A DNA stretch of 62,550 bases, counting the filler. It is 8 parts of 8 records of this genome, joined end to end, with 100 filler letters (N's around TTAATTAATTAA, not from the genome) between each part and the next. Parts side by side here need not be neighbours in the genome. Positions count along the whole stretch, not along the records: positions 19,811 to 25,374 come from SRR31147125_33408; positions 25,475 to 30,759 come from SRR31147125_33457; positions 30,860 to 37,464 come from SRR31147125_33458; 5 more parts are not named here. One strand, given 5' to 3'. The notes beneath the pieces are model-generated. The model had not been told where the DNA came from. It was given only the letters and a program-made list of their open reading frames with translations, and searched no databases. Position 1 is the stretch's first letter. Each line of letters begins with the position of its first letter. Of the stretch, positions 20,721 to 30,949 are shown piece after piece. Position numbers and translations under genes: made by a program.

Positions 20721-20936
20721 ATGCCACTTTACGAGTACAAGTGTGATAACTGTGGACATATATTCGAAGTTTTTCAAAGCATTAATGCTGATAGTAAAGA
20801 TCTGACCTGTCCGCATTGTCAGGCTGCAAATCCGGAAAGAATATTTTCCGTGTTTGCTTCTTCGGGAAACAGTCCGGATTATGGCTCATCGTCCGGTTCC
20901 GGTTGCGGATCGGGTGGATTCACCTGAGGATTATAA
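20721..20936 (+). CDS. FmdB-family zinc-ribbon protein, candidate C-terminal selenocysteine
   Basis: MPLYEYKCDNC…CPHC; ends GCGSGGFT-TGA(20925-20927)-GGA-TTA-TAA. Confidence 0.85.
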
Positions 20937-20962
20937 AAAAGTTAGGTAACTTTTTAAATATC
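20928..20962 (+). promoter_or_regulatory. SECIS-like hairpin 2
   Basis: AAAAAGTT-AGGT-AACTTTTT at 20936-20955 with outer GAT/ATC pairing; loop begins 16 nt after the UGA. Confidence 0.55.
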
Positions 20963-21076
20963 AAATTCAACTTGCTTTTAACAGCATATTTTGTATTTTT
21001 ATGGCAAGCAGTAAACTCTAATAAAGAGTAACCTGTTTGCCATTTTTTTTTCAGAGAAAAATAGTGACCATATGAT

Positions 21077-21547
21077 ATGATTACTTTAGACATTCCTGGT
21101 CTCCAATCTTATAAAATAGAAAATCTTGTTCTGGATGTTAATGGGACGCTGGCTATAGATGGCAATCTTATTCCCGGCGTCAAGGAACGTCTGAGCCAGT
21201 TATCTCATCTGGTTCATATTTTTATGTTAACAGCTGATACTCACGGCAGGCAGGATTATATAGATAAGGAACTGAACTTAAAGTCTGTTCGCATAAACCG
21301 GGAAAATGAAGCACAGCAAAAAGAAGCGTTTTTAATAGAATGTGGGCCTGAATCGACTATTGCCATAGGTAATGGTGCAAACGACGTGCTCATGATTCGA
21401 AAAGCAGCCATTGGAATTGTACTGATTCAGGAGGAAGGGGCTTGTTTGCGCACGATTTCCAGTGGTATGATTGTATTCAAGAATATAGTACATGCTCTTG
21501 ATGCGCTTGTTTATCCGAACAGGATTATTGCAACACTCAGAAGATAA
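21077..21547 (+). CDS. HAD-family hydrolase (soluble P-type ATPase-like)
   Basis: LDVNGT, LTADT, IGNGANDVLM. Confidence 0.9.
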   Translation: MITLDIPGLQSYKIENLVLDVNGTLAIDGNLIPGVKERLSQLSHLVHIFMLTADTHGRQDYIDKELNLKSVRINRENEAQQKEAFLIECGPESTIAIGNGANDVLMIRKAAIGIVLIQEEGACLRTISSGMIVFKNIVHALDALVYPNRIIATLRR

Positions 21548-21594
21548 ATATTTTTATGATCCGAATAAACTTATTATTTGTTTAGGAGCTATAC

Positions 21595-22746
21595 ATGCAC
21601 TGCATTTATAAAATTTTCATGCTATTAATGTTGGTTATTCCAACAATGTCTCATGCCCAGCGAATTACGTCAGCAAAAGAATGTCAGGAGTGCCATAAAG
21701 ATATTTATGCTGAATGGAATACGTCAAGGCATGCTGCCTCGAATGCGGCTTTAAATCCTTTTTATGCTGCTATGCTCGAATGGGCAAAAAAAGCATCAAA
21801 CAATAAATTAGAAGCCCAATGTGAGAAATGTCATGAACCAGCCATAAGCATGGTGATGGATCCATTGCTGGCAAAATCCACGGTGAAACAAGGTGTTACA
21901 TGTGATATATGTCATGCTACAAAGATTGTTGATCAAAATAAAGGATCATGGTTTGAATTGCAGCCAGGCAATGTAAAATATGGACCCATTGAGGATGCTG
22001 TTTCAAATTCTCACGAATGCGTGTATTCACCGGATCACAAAGAAAGCTCATTTTGTTTGACCTGTCATTCAAACGCAGAAACACCTCACGGCATTTCTTT
22101 TTGCTCTACTGAGAAAGAATATAAGCAAAGCTCATTTGCGAAACTTGGCGTTAGTTGTCAGGATTGTCACATGCCTTCTGTAGAAGGGAAAGCAGCCTTT
22201 CTTGGAAAAATCAGAGATGAAATTCATTCACATAAATTTTATGGGGGATACACAGATAATTTTTTACATAACTGTGCAGATGTGGAACTGGAAATACATC
22301 CAAAAAATGAAAAAATTAATGTAAAGATTAAAGTTACAAACAAGACAGTCGGGCATGCTCTGCCAACAGGTTCACCCATGAGAATGGTTTTGCTATCTTT
22401 GGAAGCCCTTGATGAGGATAACAATGCTGTCTGGAAGAATTGGTATTCCAATCCACTTTTAGAAGATACACAATCTGTATTTATGCGATTACTGGAAGAT
22501 AAAAATGGTAATGCCCCGGTTCCTCCCTGGGAAGCTGCCAGGGAAAGATATGATCAACGTCTTTTACCTGATGAAACCCGAATCCTGGAATATCAATTTT
22601 CTGATACGTCAGCTGTCCGTCTTGTTGCTACTCTTATTTATCGTCTTGCTCCACCTCCTTTATTAAAAAAACTGGGTATAACAGATGAACTTTATACCAG
22701 GCCCAAAAAAATCGTCAATAAATCTATTGTAATCACCGGGCAATAA
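21595..22746 (+). CDS. Secreted pentaheme cytochrome c (c554-like)
   Basis: Signal peptide; CQECH, CEKCH, CDICH, CLTCH, CQDCH; GHALPTG. Confidence 0.9.
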   Translation: MHCIYKIFMLLMLVIPTMSHAQRITSAKECQECHKDIYAEWNTSRHAASNAALNPFYAAMLEWAKKASNNKLEAQCEKCHEPAISMVMDPLLAKSTVKQGVTCDICHATKIVDQNKGSWFELQPGNVKYGPIEDAVSNSHECVYSPDHKESSFCLTCHSNAETPHGISFCSTEKEYKQSSFAKLGVSCQDCHMPSVEGKAAFLGKIRDEIHSHKFYGGYTDNFLHNCADVELEIHPKNEKINVKIKVTNKTVGHALPTGSPMRMVLLSLEALDEDNNAVWKNWYSNPLLEDTQSVFMRLLEDKNGNAPVPPWEAARERYDQRLLPDETRILEYQFSDTSAVRLVATLIYRLAPPPLLKKLGITDELYTRPKKIVNKSIVITGQ

Positions 22747-23087
22747 TTGGAATAATATTAATAAATTATGCATTAAAGTATTTACAGGCAGGTTTGAAAA
22801 ATAAAGACTATTATATCTTTGTGGATGTGTGGAACGTGGGAATCGCCTCATAATTTGTCGTTTAAATTCTAACCGCCCGAAATGACCTCGTTCCTGTCCT
22901 TTGGTTCAATTGACCATTTTAAGCTAACAATATTTTGGTTTTAAAGGCCTTGCAGGATACAGCCTGTACATATGATATAATTCACAACAGACCGAAAAGG
23001 ATTCCAAACAAGCTATAGCAGATATAAAAAAAACAATCTCTCGTGAGATTATAAATAAAATATTTATAATAAGATAGAGAGACAATT

Positions 23088-24196
23088 ATGGAGTTTTTAA
23101 AAAAGTACTTTAATGATGTTGTCATTCTGACGACAATAATAATTGGTTTGGTAGGGGGAACATGGATTTTAAATACAGCCGAAAATCCCGTTTCTGTTGC
23201 TATCTTTTATGCTCTTGCCATTACTTCTTTTACTTATCGTTTTCTAGGCGGGATTGACAAAGATACCGGATTTACCATTGGAGCTATGAAAGCCACAGGA
23301 ACGTTGGCAGCCATGTTCGGTTCTATTTGGCTTATATTCAACTTGAGTCAGGATGCACAGATTACCTCTGCTAATTTTCCTCAAAATTTTCGTCCGAATG
23401 AGATTTTTATGTTTAAAGATACGGGTGAACCAGTAGATTTTACATTCACAACATCTACTAAAGGTGAACAGGATACACTGACATTCGGTTTGTTGCCGAA
23501 AGAGAAATACCGGGAAATTTCCAGAAAACTTATTTTTATTGATGAAAAGGCATATGTTACTACAAAAACGGATTCAATCTATCTCGGATATATTGATATA
23601 GAACGTGAAAAGCTGTCCTATTTTACCATGACAAGCAAACAGAGTCTGGCATTGGGACTTTATTATAGTCAGACAGATAGTGCGACAGGAAAAAGAAATG
23701 ATTCACATCGTGCTGTTGATTATTTATTCAAAGTGGTAAGAGAGTGTAAAGATCAAACATTGATAGAACGTGCACTTAATCAGTTATATTTTTTGCAGCG
23801 TTTTTTTAGGGATGCGGACCAATTTGATCAATTTATAGTGTCCACAAAGAATTTGAAAACAGGTTATAATCTTTATCTGGAACTGGCCGCAACTCATCTT
23901 AATTATTCGCGCAAAATCGCAGATAACAAAATTGAACAAAAGGGTGTGGCCTTGACCTATTATCTAAAATTTCTAAGTACGAAACAAAGTCAGAGTAAAA
24001 ATTTGTCAAAGAGAAAAAAGGTGTCATCGAAATAGTCGAGGAATTGCTCAAGGTTGAGCTCAACAATGAAGAATATATTAAGCAAAACAACAGGAAAGCC
24101 CAGATCCTTGAAGCTATGCGAAAGCATGATCGGGCAAAGCTAAAACAACTGGGTGATGAGCTGGCCATGCATTTTTTAAATGATATGTCCGTTTGA
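23088..24196 (+). CDS. Hypothetical membrane protein (three N-terminal TM helices plus helical domain), probable frameshift near 24000
   Basis: 315-aa ORF; a second frame continues KEKKGVIEIVEELL…FLNDMSV* after A-runs. Confidence 0.55.
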
Positions 24197-24262
24197 GGTT
24201 TTTGGAATATTTATTTTGTTTTTTGGTAGTATAATGAGGAACAAGTAGAGTTTTTGTTTTAC

Positions 24263-25207
24263 TTATCTCAGTTTCCCTTCAATAAAGGGGACCTGAAATA
24301 CTTTTTCATGCATGATTGGTCCATGACCAAAAAAACCATCTTCTCCGAATAACTCGCCATGATCCGAGGTTATTGTTACATATGTATTAGGGGGCAGCAT
24401 ATCAAACAGGCGTTCAACAATTGTATCAATGTATTTGACGGCATGAATTTGTCTTGTATAAAGCTGATCCAGTTTTTTTTGATCAAAAAACTTTTCATTA
24501 TCGTCCTCGACTAATTTCCCTCCGACAATATGGTCATCAAGGTGCTTAAATACTCCATGTACACCGGAAATTCGCGGCCATTCACTCTCTGGTTCGTCAG
24601 GAAGGGCATAAGGATAATGTGTTTCTCCAATATTAAGGAGATAGAAAGAAGGATATTCGTCGGAAAAGTGCATTTTATCCAACATGGCAGCCATGTCATT
24701 ATGTTTATCCATCAGAGTGAACGTATCAAATCCAAAGTTGACAGGCGTTTGCGGATTTAATACGGGTAATGACACCATGGCATGGGTTTTATAGCCCAGT
24801 TTATTTTGCAAAAAAGGTGGGAGATAAAGTGTGGGTACAAGATTCTTAAATTCAAATGCGTCTGTGCCAAATCTTTGTTTAAATTTTATAAAATCCTTTT
24901 TATAATAATCAGAAGCGTAAACATGTGATGGACTAGTGTGAGGAAATAATCCCATAAGTAAATTATAATGTGATGGAGCCGTCCAGGACGCATAAGAGTA
25001 TCGGCATTCCAGGTTGCCGAGTTTCATCATTGTTTGTGGTTGTGCCTTTATCCATGTATCAAAACGGCAGCTGTCCAAAATAATGATGACATAATTATTC
25101 AGATTATTCATCTTTAGAGAAATTTGTGGTTGAACATCGGAAATTGTGGGGCGCTTAAAAACCTTACCCCCGTTTTGAGCCGATTCTTTTTTGCGGAAAA
25201 GTCCCAT
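24263..25207 (-). CDS. Sulfatase-like / alkaline phosphatase superfamily protein
   Basis: LDSCRFD, WTAPSH, ETHYPY, TSDHGE…GHG. Confidence 0.85.
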   Translation of the reverse strand: MGLFRKKESAQNGGKVFKRPTISDVQPQISLKMNNLNNYVIIILDSCRFDTWIKAQPQTMMKLGNLECRYSYASWTAPSHYNLLMGLFPHTSPSHVYASDYYKKDFIKFKQRFGTDAFEFKNLVPTLYLPPFLQNKLGYKTHAMVSLPVLNPQTPVNFGFDTFTLMDKHNDMAAMLDKMHFSDEYPSFYLLNIGETHYPYALPDEPESEWPRISGVHGVFKHLDDHIVGGKLVEDDNEKFFDQKKLDQLYTRQIHAVKYIDTIVERLFDMLPPNTYVTITSDHGELFGEDGFFGHGPIMHEKVFQVPFIEGKLR

Positions 25208-25331
25208 GCTTAATTTTTCCCACCACCAAACACGTTATTCACTTTTTTAGATTAAATAAATATCAAGATCAATTCTTTAAACATAAGGATCAAAATATTA
25301 TCTTTCAAGTTTAAAATTTGTTTTCATAAAA

Positions 25332-25351
25332 AGGTGGGTTTTAACCCACCT
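25332..25351. terminator. Terminator-like hairpin
   Basis: AGGTGGGTT-TT-AACCCACCT with flanking A-tract. Confidence 0.5.
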
Positions 25352-25374
25352 CTAATTGCCACTTTAATAAAAAA

Positions 25375-25474
25375 NNNNNNNNNNNNNNNNNNNNNNNNNN
25401 NNNNNNNNNNNNNNNNNNTTAATTAATTAANNNNNNNNNNNNNNNNNNNNNNNNNNNNNNNNNNNNNNNNNNNN
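25375..25474. other. Artificial contig linker
   Basis: N44-TTAATTAATTAA-N44. Confidence 0.99.
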
Positions 25475-25475
25475 G

Positions 25476-27236
25476 GGGTTTGGCATCTTTCTCCTCGGTA
25501 CCATTTGCGTTATGTTGCAGGAGAAATTCGGTCTGCCGACATTTGGCGGCATGTGGTACCTCATCCTCAGCCTGGCACTCGACCTTTTCGCCATTCTGGT
25601 TCTGGGCGGCTTATTCTGGGCAGCCTGGCGGCGTTGGGTGCGGCAGCCGGAGGAGCTGAGCCGTGCCCCCGGCGACGGAATGGTCCTCGCCCTCATTACC
25701 CTGGTGGTGGCCTCGGGCCTGCTTCTTGAGGGCGTAAGAATCGCACAAAACCCCGAGCCATGGGCCTTGTGGTCGCCGGTGGGATACTGGCTCTCCGGCG
25801 GGCTGTCCGGGATTGAGGGGGGTGTTTTATCCAGTTTGCACCAGGGGCTTTGGTGGGGGCATCTCCTGCTCTCCGGCCTGTTTCTGGCGGTGATTCCCTT
25901 CAGTCGCCTGTTTCATCTTATTGCTTCTCCGGCGGCCCTCTTCTTCGTTGATCCGAAGGCGGCTCATGCCCTTGTACCCCTCGACTTTTCCGATGAGGAA
26001 GCAGAATCCTTCGGCGTCAGTCGAATCGAGGATTTTCACTGGAAGCGTCTCCTTGACGCCGACGGTTGTACCGGTTGTGGTCGTTGTCAGGTCGAATGCC
26101 CTGCCTGGCAATCGGGTAAACCTCTTTCACCGAAGGATGTCGGCGAGACGTTAAGTAACTGTCTGGCCGATTATGATCGTGACAAGCACCCGGGACGGAG
26201 CAGGAATGAGAACAAGGTTGCCCTCTCCCTGACCGGTGATGTTGTTCGTGACGAAGCCCTCTGGGCCTGCACGACCTGCCGCGCCTGCGAGGTTTATTGT
26301 CCGGTGGGTATCGAACATGTTCCGCGCTTCATCGACATGCGCCGCTTTCTGGTACTCACAGAGGCCAGGTTCCCAAACGAATTGCAGACGGCATTCCGTG
26401 GTCTTGAACGCCAGGGTAATCCTTGGGGGCTGGACTACCAAGAGAACGCCGCGAAACTGGAATTGCCGACCCTGGCCGACGAACCGGAGGCGGAGGTTCT
26501 GTTGTGGACCGGTTGCGCGGGAATCTATGACCCTCGTTATCGCCAGGTAATAGTTGCCCTGGCCGGCCTCCTGAAAGAGGCGGGTATCCGTTTCGCCGTG
26601 CCGGGAGAGGAGATGGTCTGCTGCGGCGATGCGGCCCGAAGACTTGGAAACGAATACCTTTTCCAGGACCTGGCCCAGCGGAATATTGCCGCCTTGGAAG
26701 AGAGCGGCGTCCGGAGGATTGTCACTCCCTGTCCCCATTGCCTGAATACTTTGTGCAACGAATACTCGCAGTTCGGCGGGGACTTTCAGGTTATGCATCA
26801 TTCGGTTTTGCTCCGGGATCTGCTGGCGGAAAAACGGCTTCCCATCTCCGGGCTGCAAAATGTTCGTGCGGCTTTCCATGACCCCTGTTACCTGGCTCGC
26901 TATGCTGATGAGGTAGAGGCCCCGAGGACGCTCCTCGCGGTCGTGGCCGGGCAGCCTGTCGAGCTTGATAAGCATGGGGATGAAAGTTTTTGCTGCGGGG
27001 GCGGCGGCGGCAGGATGTGGCTGGAGGAGAATGCCGATGAGAGTATAGCGGAAGTGAGGGTGCAACAGATTCTGGACTCGGGTGTCCCGACAGTAGCCAC
27101 GGCCTGTCCGTTTTGTCTGACCATGCTTTCCGATGGGACAAAACGGCGAGAAGTCGATATCCGGATCATGGATTTGGCGGAAATTCTTGCGGAAAACCTG
27201 ATATCCGAGAAAAAGGAGGGTGCAGATGGATGTTAA
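25476..27236 (+). CDS. FadF-like membrane Fe-S oxidoreductase (NarI-like TM domain, two 4Fe-4S motifs, two CCG domains), 5'-truncated
   Basis: CTGCGRCQVECP, CTTCRACEVYCP, CCG, HDPCYL, CCGGGGG, TACPFC. Confidence 0.9.
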   Translation, partial: GFGIFLLGTICVMLQEKFGLPTFGGMWYLILSLALDLFAILVLGGLFWAAWRRWVRQPEELSRAPGDGMVLALITLVVASGLLLEGVRIAQNPEPWALWSPVGYWLSGGLSGIEGGVLSSLHQGLWWGHLLLSGLFLAVIPFSRLFHLIASPAALFFVDPKAAHALVPLDFSDEEAESFGVSRIEDFHWKRLLDADGCTGCGRCQVECPAWQSGKPLSPKDVGETLSNCLADYDRDKHPGRSRNENKVALSLTGDVVRDEALWACTTCRACEVYCPVGIEHVPRFIDMRRFLVLTEARFPNELQTAFRGLERQGNPWGLDYQENAAKLELPTLADEPEAEVLLWTGCAGIYDPRYRQVIVALAGLLKEAGIRFAVPGEEMVCCGDAARRLGNEYLFQDLAQRNIAALEESGVRRIVTPCPHCLNTLCNEYSQFGGDFQVMHHSVLLRDLLAEKRLPISGLQNVRAAFHDPCYLARYADEVEAPRTLLAVVAGQPVELDKHGDESFCCGGGGGRMWLEENADESIAEVRVQQILDSGVPTVATACPFCLTMLSDGTKRREVDIRIMDLAEILAENLISEKKEGADGC

Positions 27237-27474
27237 GGAACAGCAAATGATTATGGAGTTTATTACGACCCGGATTGCCAAGAAGAAAGAACACCGGGAA
27301 ATTGGTGACGGGGATGATTTGATTGCCTCCGGGATTATCGATTCTCTCGGCATCATGCACCTCGTAAGCTTTCTCGAAACCACCTTCGGCATGCGCATCC
27401 AAGATGAGGATTTTCTGCCGGAAAATTTTTCGTCGGTGACGGCTATTGCTTCTTTTGTCGACCGCAGCCGCTGA
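27226..27474 (+). CDS. Acyl/peptidyl carrier protein
   Basis: GIIDSLG phosphopantetheine site; FLPENFSSV. Confidence 0.9.
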   Translation: MDVKEQQMIMEFITTRIAKKKEHREIGDGDDLIASGIIDSLGIMHLVSFLETTFGMRIQDEDFLPENFSSVTAIASFVDRSR

Positions 27475-27567
27475 TCGGGTTTTTAGGTAAAAGTTCTGTT
27501 TTTGAAAAGCATTAATATGTGAGCTTTTTAAAAAACAGTTTGTTGGATATTTTCAAGAGGGAGATCC

Positions 27568-28599
27568 ATGAAACAGTGCGAAATTCCCATGGTATTCGGA
27601 CGCAAATCGGACCTTCCCAAGGTTTACGGCGACACGCCGACATTTCTGGGTGTGCCGAAGCTGGATCTGAATAGCCTTCCCGGTGATCTAGATGCCGTGG
27701 TCGTCGGCGTGCCCTGGGAAGGGACGATCACCTGGGGTTCCTTTACCGGCTGCGAACTTGCCCCCCGCAGCATCCGGCACAGTGCCGCTCGTTATGGGGG
27801 CTTTTTGCCGGAATACGAAATCAACCTGTTTGATCACCTGTGTCTGGGGGATGCCGGAGATATCGCTGTCGAGCCGAACAGCCCGGCTGAAACAATGGCC
27901 CAGGTATGCCGAGGGATGGAGCGGATTTACGCGGCGGGAAGCATTCCCGTCGTTATGGGCGGCGATCATTCCTTCACTCCGGAGGTCATTCAGGCTATGA
28001 CCCGTCACCGTGAAGGCCCGATCGGCATCGTCCACTTTGACGCCCATTTCGATAATGCCAAGGCCTTTGGCGAAGATACTATGCCCCGCTGTGGACCGCT
28101 CCACCGGATTGCCCAGATTCCGCAGGTGCGGACCCAAAGCATTGCCCACGTGGCTATTCGCGGGCCGCGCAATTCTCCGGCCCAACTGGCCTATGCGCGG
28201 GAAATGGGGGCCAGTGTCTTTACCATGCGGGATATTAGGAAGCGAGGGATGGAGAAGGTGATCGAGGAAGTGATCCAGGTCGCCCGGCAGGGGACCGAGC
28301 AGGTTTACGTCACTATCTGCAGCGACTGCATCGATGCGGCCTTTAATCCCGGCGGCCCGGCTGATTTCAACGGATTGTTCGCCCACGAGTTGTTTTCAGC
28401 GCTCTACCGTCTGGGAGAGTGCGGCATCGCCGGGCTCGATTTCGTCGAAATCTATCCCCAACAGGACCCCAACGGCTTTTCCTCCCACTTGGCGGCCTGG
28501 GCTATTATTCATGCCCTGGCCGGACTGGCCGAGGGAAAACGGTCGAACAACGGAGAGAGCGGCGGGGGGCAGGCATCCCTTTCCGGCAAGGAGGTTTAA
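27568..28599 (+). CDS. Agmatinase/arginase-family amidinohydrolase
   Basis: GGDHS, HFDAHFD, SDCID. Confidence 0.9.
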   Translation: MKQCEIPMVFGRKSDLPKVYGDTPTFLGVPKLDLNSLPGDLDAVVVGVPWEGTITWGSFTGCELAPRSIRHSAARYGGFLPEYEINLFDHLCLGDAGDIAVEPNSPAETMAQVCRGMERIYAAGSIPVVMGGDHSFTPEVIQAMTRHREGPIGIVHFDAHFDNAKAFGEDTMPRCGPLHRIAQIPQVRTQSIAHVAIRGPRNSPAQLAYAREMGASVFTMRDIRKRGMEKVIEEVIQVARQGTEQVYVTICSDCIDAAFNPGGPADFNGLFAHELFSALYRLGECGIAGLDFVEIYPQQDPNGFSSHLAAWAIIHALAGLAEGKRSNNGESGGGQASLSGKEV

Positions 28600-28601
28600 G
28601 G

Positions 28602-29746
28602 ATGGATTTTACCCTTTCACAGGATCAGACGGAGCTCAAGGATGCGGTCATCGGTTTCGCCCAGCGAGAACTCACTGACGATCTGGCCGAACGGGAGAAA
28701 AAGGGGAATTCTATTGGGAAGGGTGGCGCAAATGCGCGGAGTTCGGGCTTTTGGGAATGCCGGTGCCGGAGCGCTACGGCGGCCTCGGCCTTGATCCCCT
28801 GTCCTGCGTTGCGACTCTCGAAGGTCTTGGCTATGGCTGCCGCGACCATGGCCTGGTATTCGCCCTCAATTCTCAGCTCTGGACCTGCATCAAGCCGATC
28901 CTGGGTTTCGGCAGCGATGCCCAAAAGGACAAATATCTGCCCTCCCTGATCCGGGGGGAACTGGTCGGCGGTCACGCCATGACCGAGCCGGATGCCGGGT
29001 CCGATGCCTTCGGCATGCGCTGCCGGGCGCGGAAAGAAGGGGATCGCTACATCCTGAACGGGACCAAGATGTTTATTACCAACGCGCCGATCGCCGACCT
29101 CCTGCTGGTGTTCGCCGTGACCGACCCTGACAAAGGGTTTGGCGGCATCTCCGGCTTTATTGTGGAGAAAGATTTCCCCGGTTTCTCGGTCGGCCGGCCT
29201 TTGGAACTGATGGGTTTGAAGACTTGCCCGCTCGGCGAGGTCATTCTGCAGGATTGCGAGGTTCCCGAGGAAAACCGATTGGGGAAGGAAGGGGCGGGCA
29301 CTGCTATTTTTAATGCCGAGATGGAATGGGAACGGGGTTGTCTTTTCGCCGCTCACCTGGGAGCGATGCAGCGGACCATGGAGGAGACGATCCGCTATGC
29401 TCAGGAGCGGGAGCAGTTCGGCCAGCCGATCGGCAAGAATCAGGCGATCTCCCACAAGGTTGCCGACATGGCCGTGCGGATCGAACTGTCCCGCCTGATT
29501 CTTTATAAGGTGGCCTGGATGAAAGGGGACGGACAGCGCGCACCGTTGGAATCGGCTATTGCCAAGCTCTTCGTCAGCGAGAGCTACGTTCAGAACAGTC
29601 TCGATGCGTTACAGATCCATGGTGCCTACGGCTATTCAGCCGAGTACGATATTGAGAGGCACGTCCGCGATTCCCTGGCGGGACGGATTTACTCCGGAAC
29701 CTCGGAAATCCAGCGTAATATCATCTCCAGTTTTCTGGGGCTGTGA
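28602..29746 (+). CDS. Acyl-CoA dehydrogenase family (prolyl-PCP dehydrogenase-like), frameshift near 28700
   Basis: MDFTLS start after GGAGG; AMTEPDAGSD, GTKMFITN, QIHGAYGY, IYSGTSEIQ; frame changes at the AAAAAGGGG run. Confidence 0.88.
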
Positions 29747-29763
29747 TATCGGAGGGAAGGCCT

Positions 29764-30759
29764 ATGAAGCCTTATCTGTTGCACCAACTGCTCACGGAAA
29801 GTGCCCGAAAGCACCCGCATCGGCCGGCGGTAGTCCAGGGAGAAAATTCCCTGACCTTTGCCGAACTGGAGACCCTGAGCAACCGTTTCGCGGCCATCCT
29901 CGCTAACCTCGGTGTGAAGGCGGGAGAGCGGGTAGGGATACTGCTGAATAAGTCTCCGGAAGTGGTTATTGCCATCTACGGCATTCTCAAGGCGGGCGGG
30001 ATCTATGTGCCGCTCGATCACCTTGCCCCGTCGGGGCGTCTTGCCGGTATCCTGGAGCGTTGCGACATCTCGGTCCTGGTCACCTCGTCTCGCTTAGCCT
30101 CTGGGATTCTGGCGGAGCCTTTGGCCGCCGACCAACTTTGCAGCCTGATTCTGGCCCCAGGCGACGAGTTTTCCGCAGCAGGAAAAATCTGTTTGCCTTG
30201 GGATGAGGTGCTGGCCGCATCTCCTGATCCGCTGCAAACAGAAGCAACGGCTGACACTCGACCGGCCTACATCCTTCATACTTCGGGCTCAACCGGCATA
30301 CCAAAAGGGGTTGTCATCTCTCACTTGAACGCGTTGACCTTCGTCCGCATGGTGAGTGATTTCTTCGCCATCTCCCCGGAGGATCGTTTGGCCAGCCATG
30401 CCCCTTTCCATTTCGATCTGTCGGTTTTCGATCTGTTCGCGGCCTGCGCCAATGGCGCGGCGGTCGTTCTGGTTCCGGAGACCCTTGCCATATTTCCATC
30501 CCGCCTTGCAGAGTTCATGGGTCGTACCGGGATCACCATATGGAACTCGGTGGCTTCGGTTGTCGCCCTGTTGGCCGAGCACGGCCGGCTGGAACAATTT
30601 TCTTTCGATGCCCTGCGACTGGTCCTTTTTTCCGGGGATGTTCTTTCCGCCAAACACCTGCGTCGGGTTATGGAGAGGATGCCCAAAGCGATCTTCTATA
30701 ATCTCTACGGCCAGACAGAGGCCAATTCCTCAACGTTCTACCGGGTGGAGGGCCTTCCC
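29764..30759 (+). CDS. Standalone amino-acid adenylation domain, 3'-truncated
   Basis: YVPLD, YILHTSGSTGIPKG, FDLSVFD, NLYGQTE. Confidence 0.9.
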
Positions 30760-30859
30760 NNNNNNNNNNNNNNNNNNNNNNNNNNNNNNNNNNNNNNNNN
30801 NNNTTAATTAATTAANNNNNNNNNNNNNNNNNNNNNNNNNNNNNNNNNNNNNNNNNNNN
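30760..30859. other. Artificial contig linker
   Basis: N44-TTAATTAATTAA-N44. Confidence 0.99.
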
Positions 30860-30949
30860 CTTTTCCCCACGCCCGTGGGGATGATCCGTGCGAACCATTT
30901 CGAATACCTGATCCGTTCCACTTTTCCCCACGCCCGTGGGGATGATATG
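30860..30949 (+). CRISPR. End of a type I-E-like CRISPR array (two 29-bp repeats, one 32-bp spacer)
   Basis: CTTTTCCCCACGCCCGTGGGGATGATCCG at 30860-30888, spacer 30889-30920, degenerate repeat ending GATATG at 30921-30949; CCCCAC/GTGGGG palindrome. Confidence 0.88.

Noticed and set aside
26151-29455. Long antisense ORFs (415, 232 and 276 aa)
   Set aside because: Shadow ORFs opposite well-supported genes in GC-rich DNA; no recognisable motifs.
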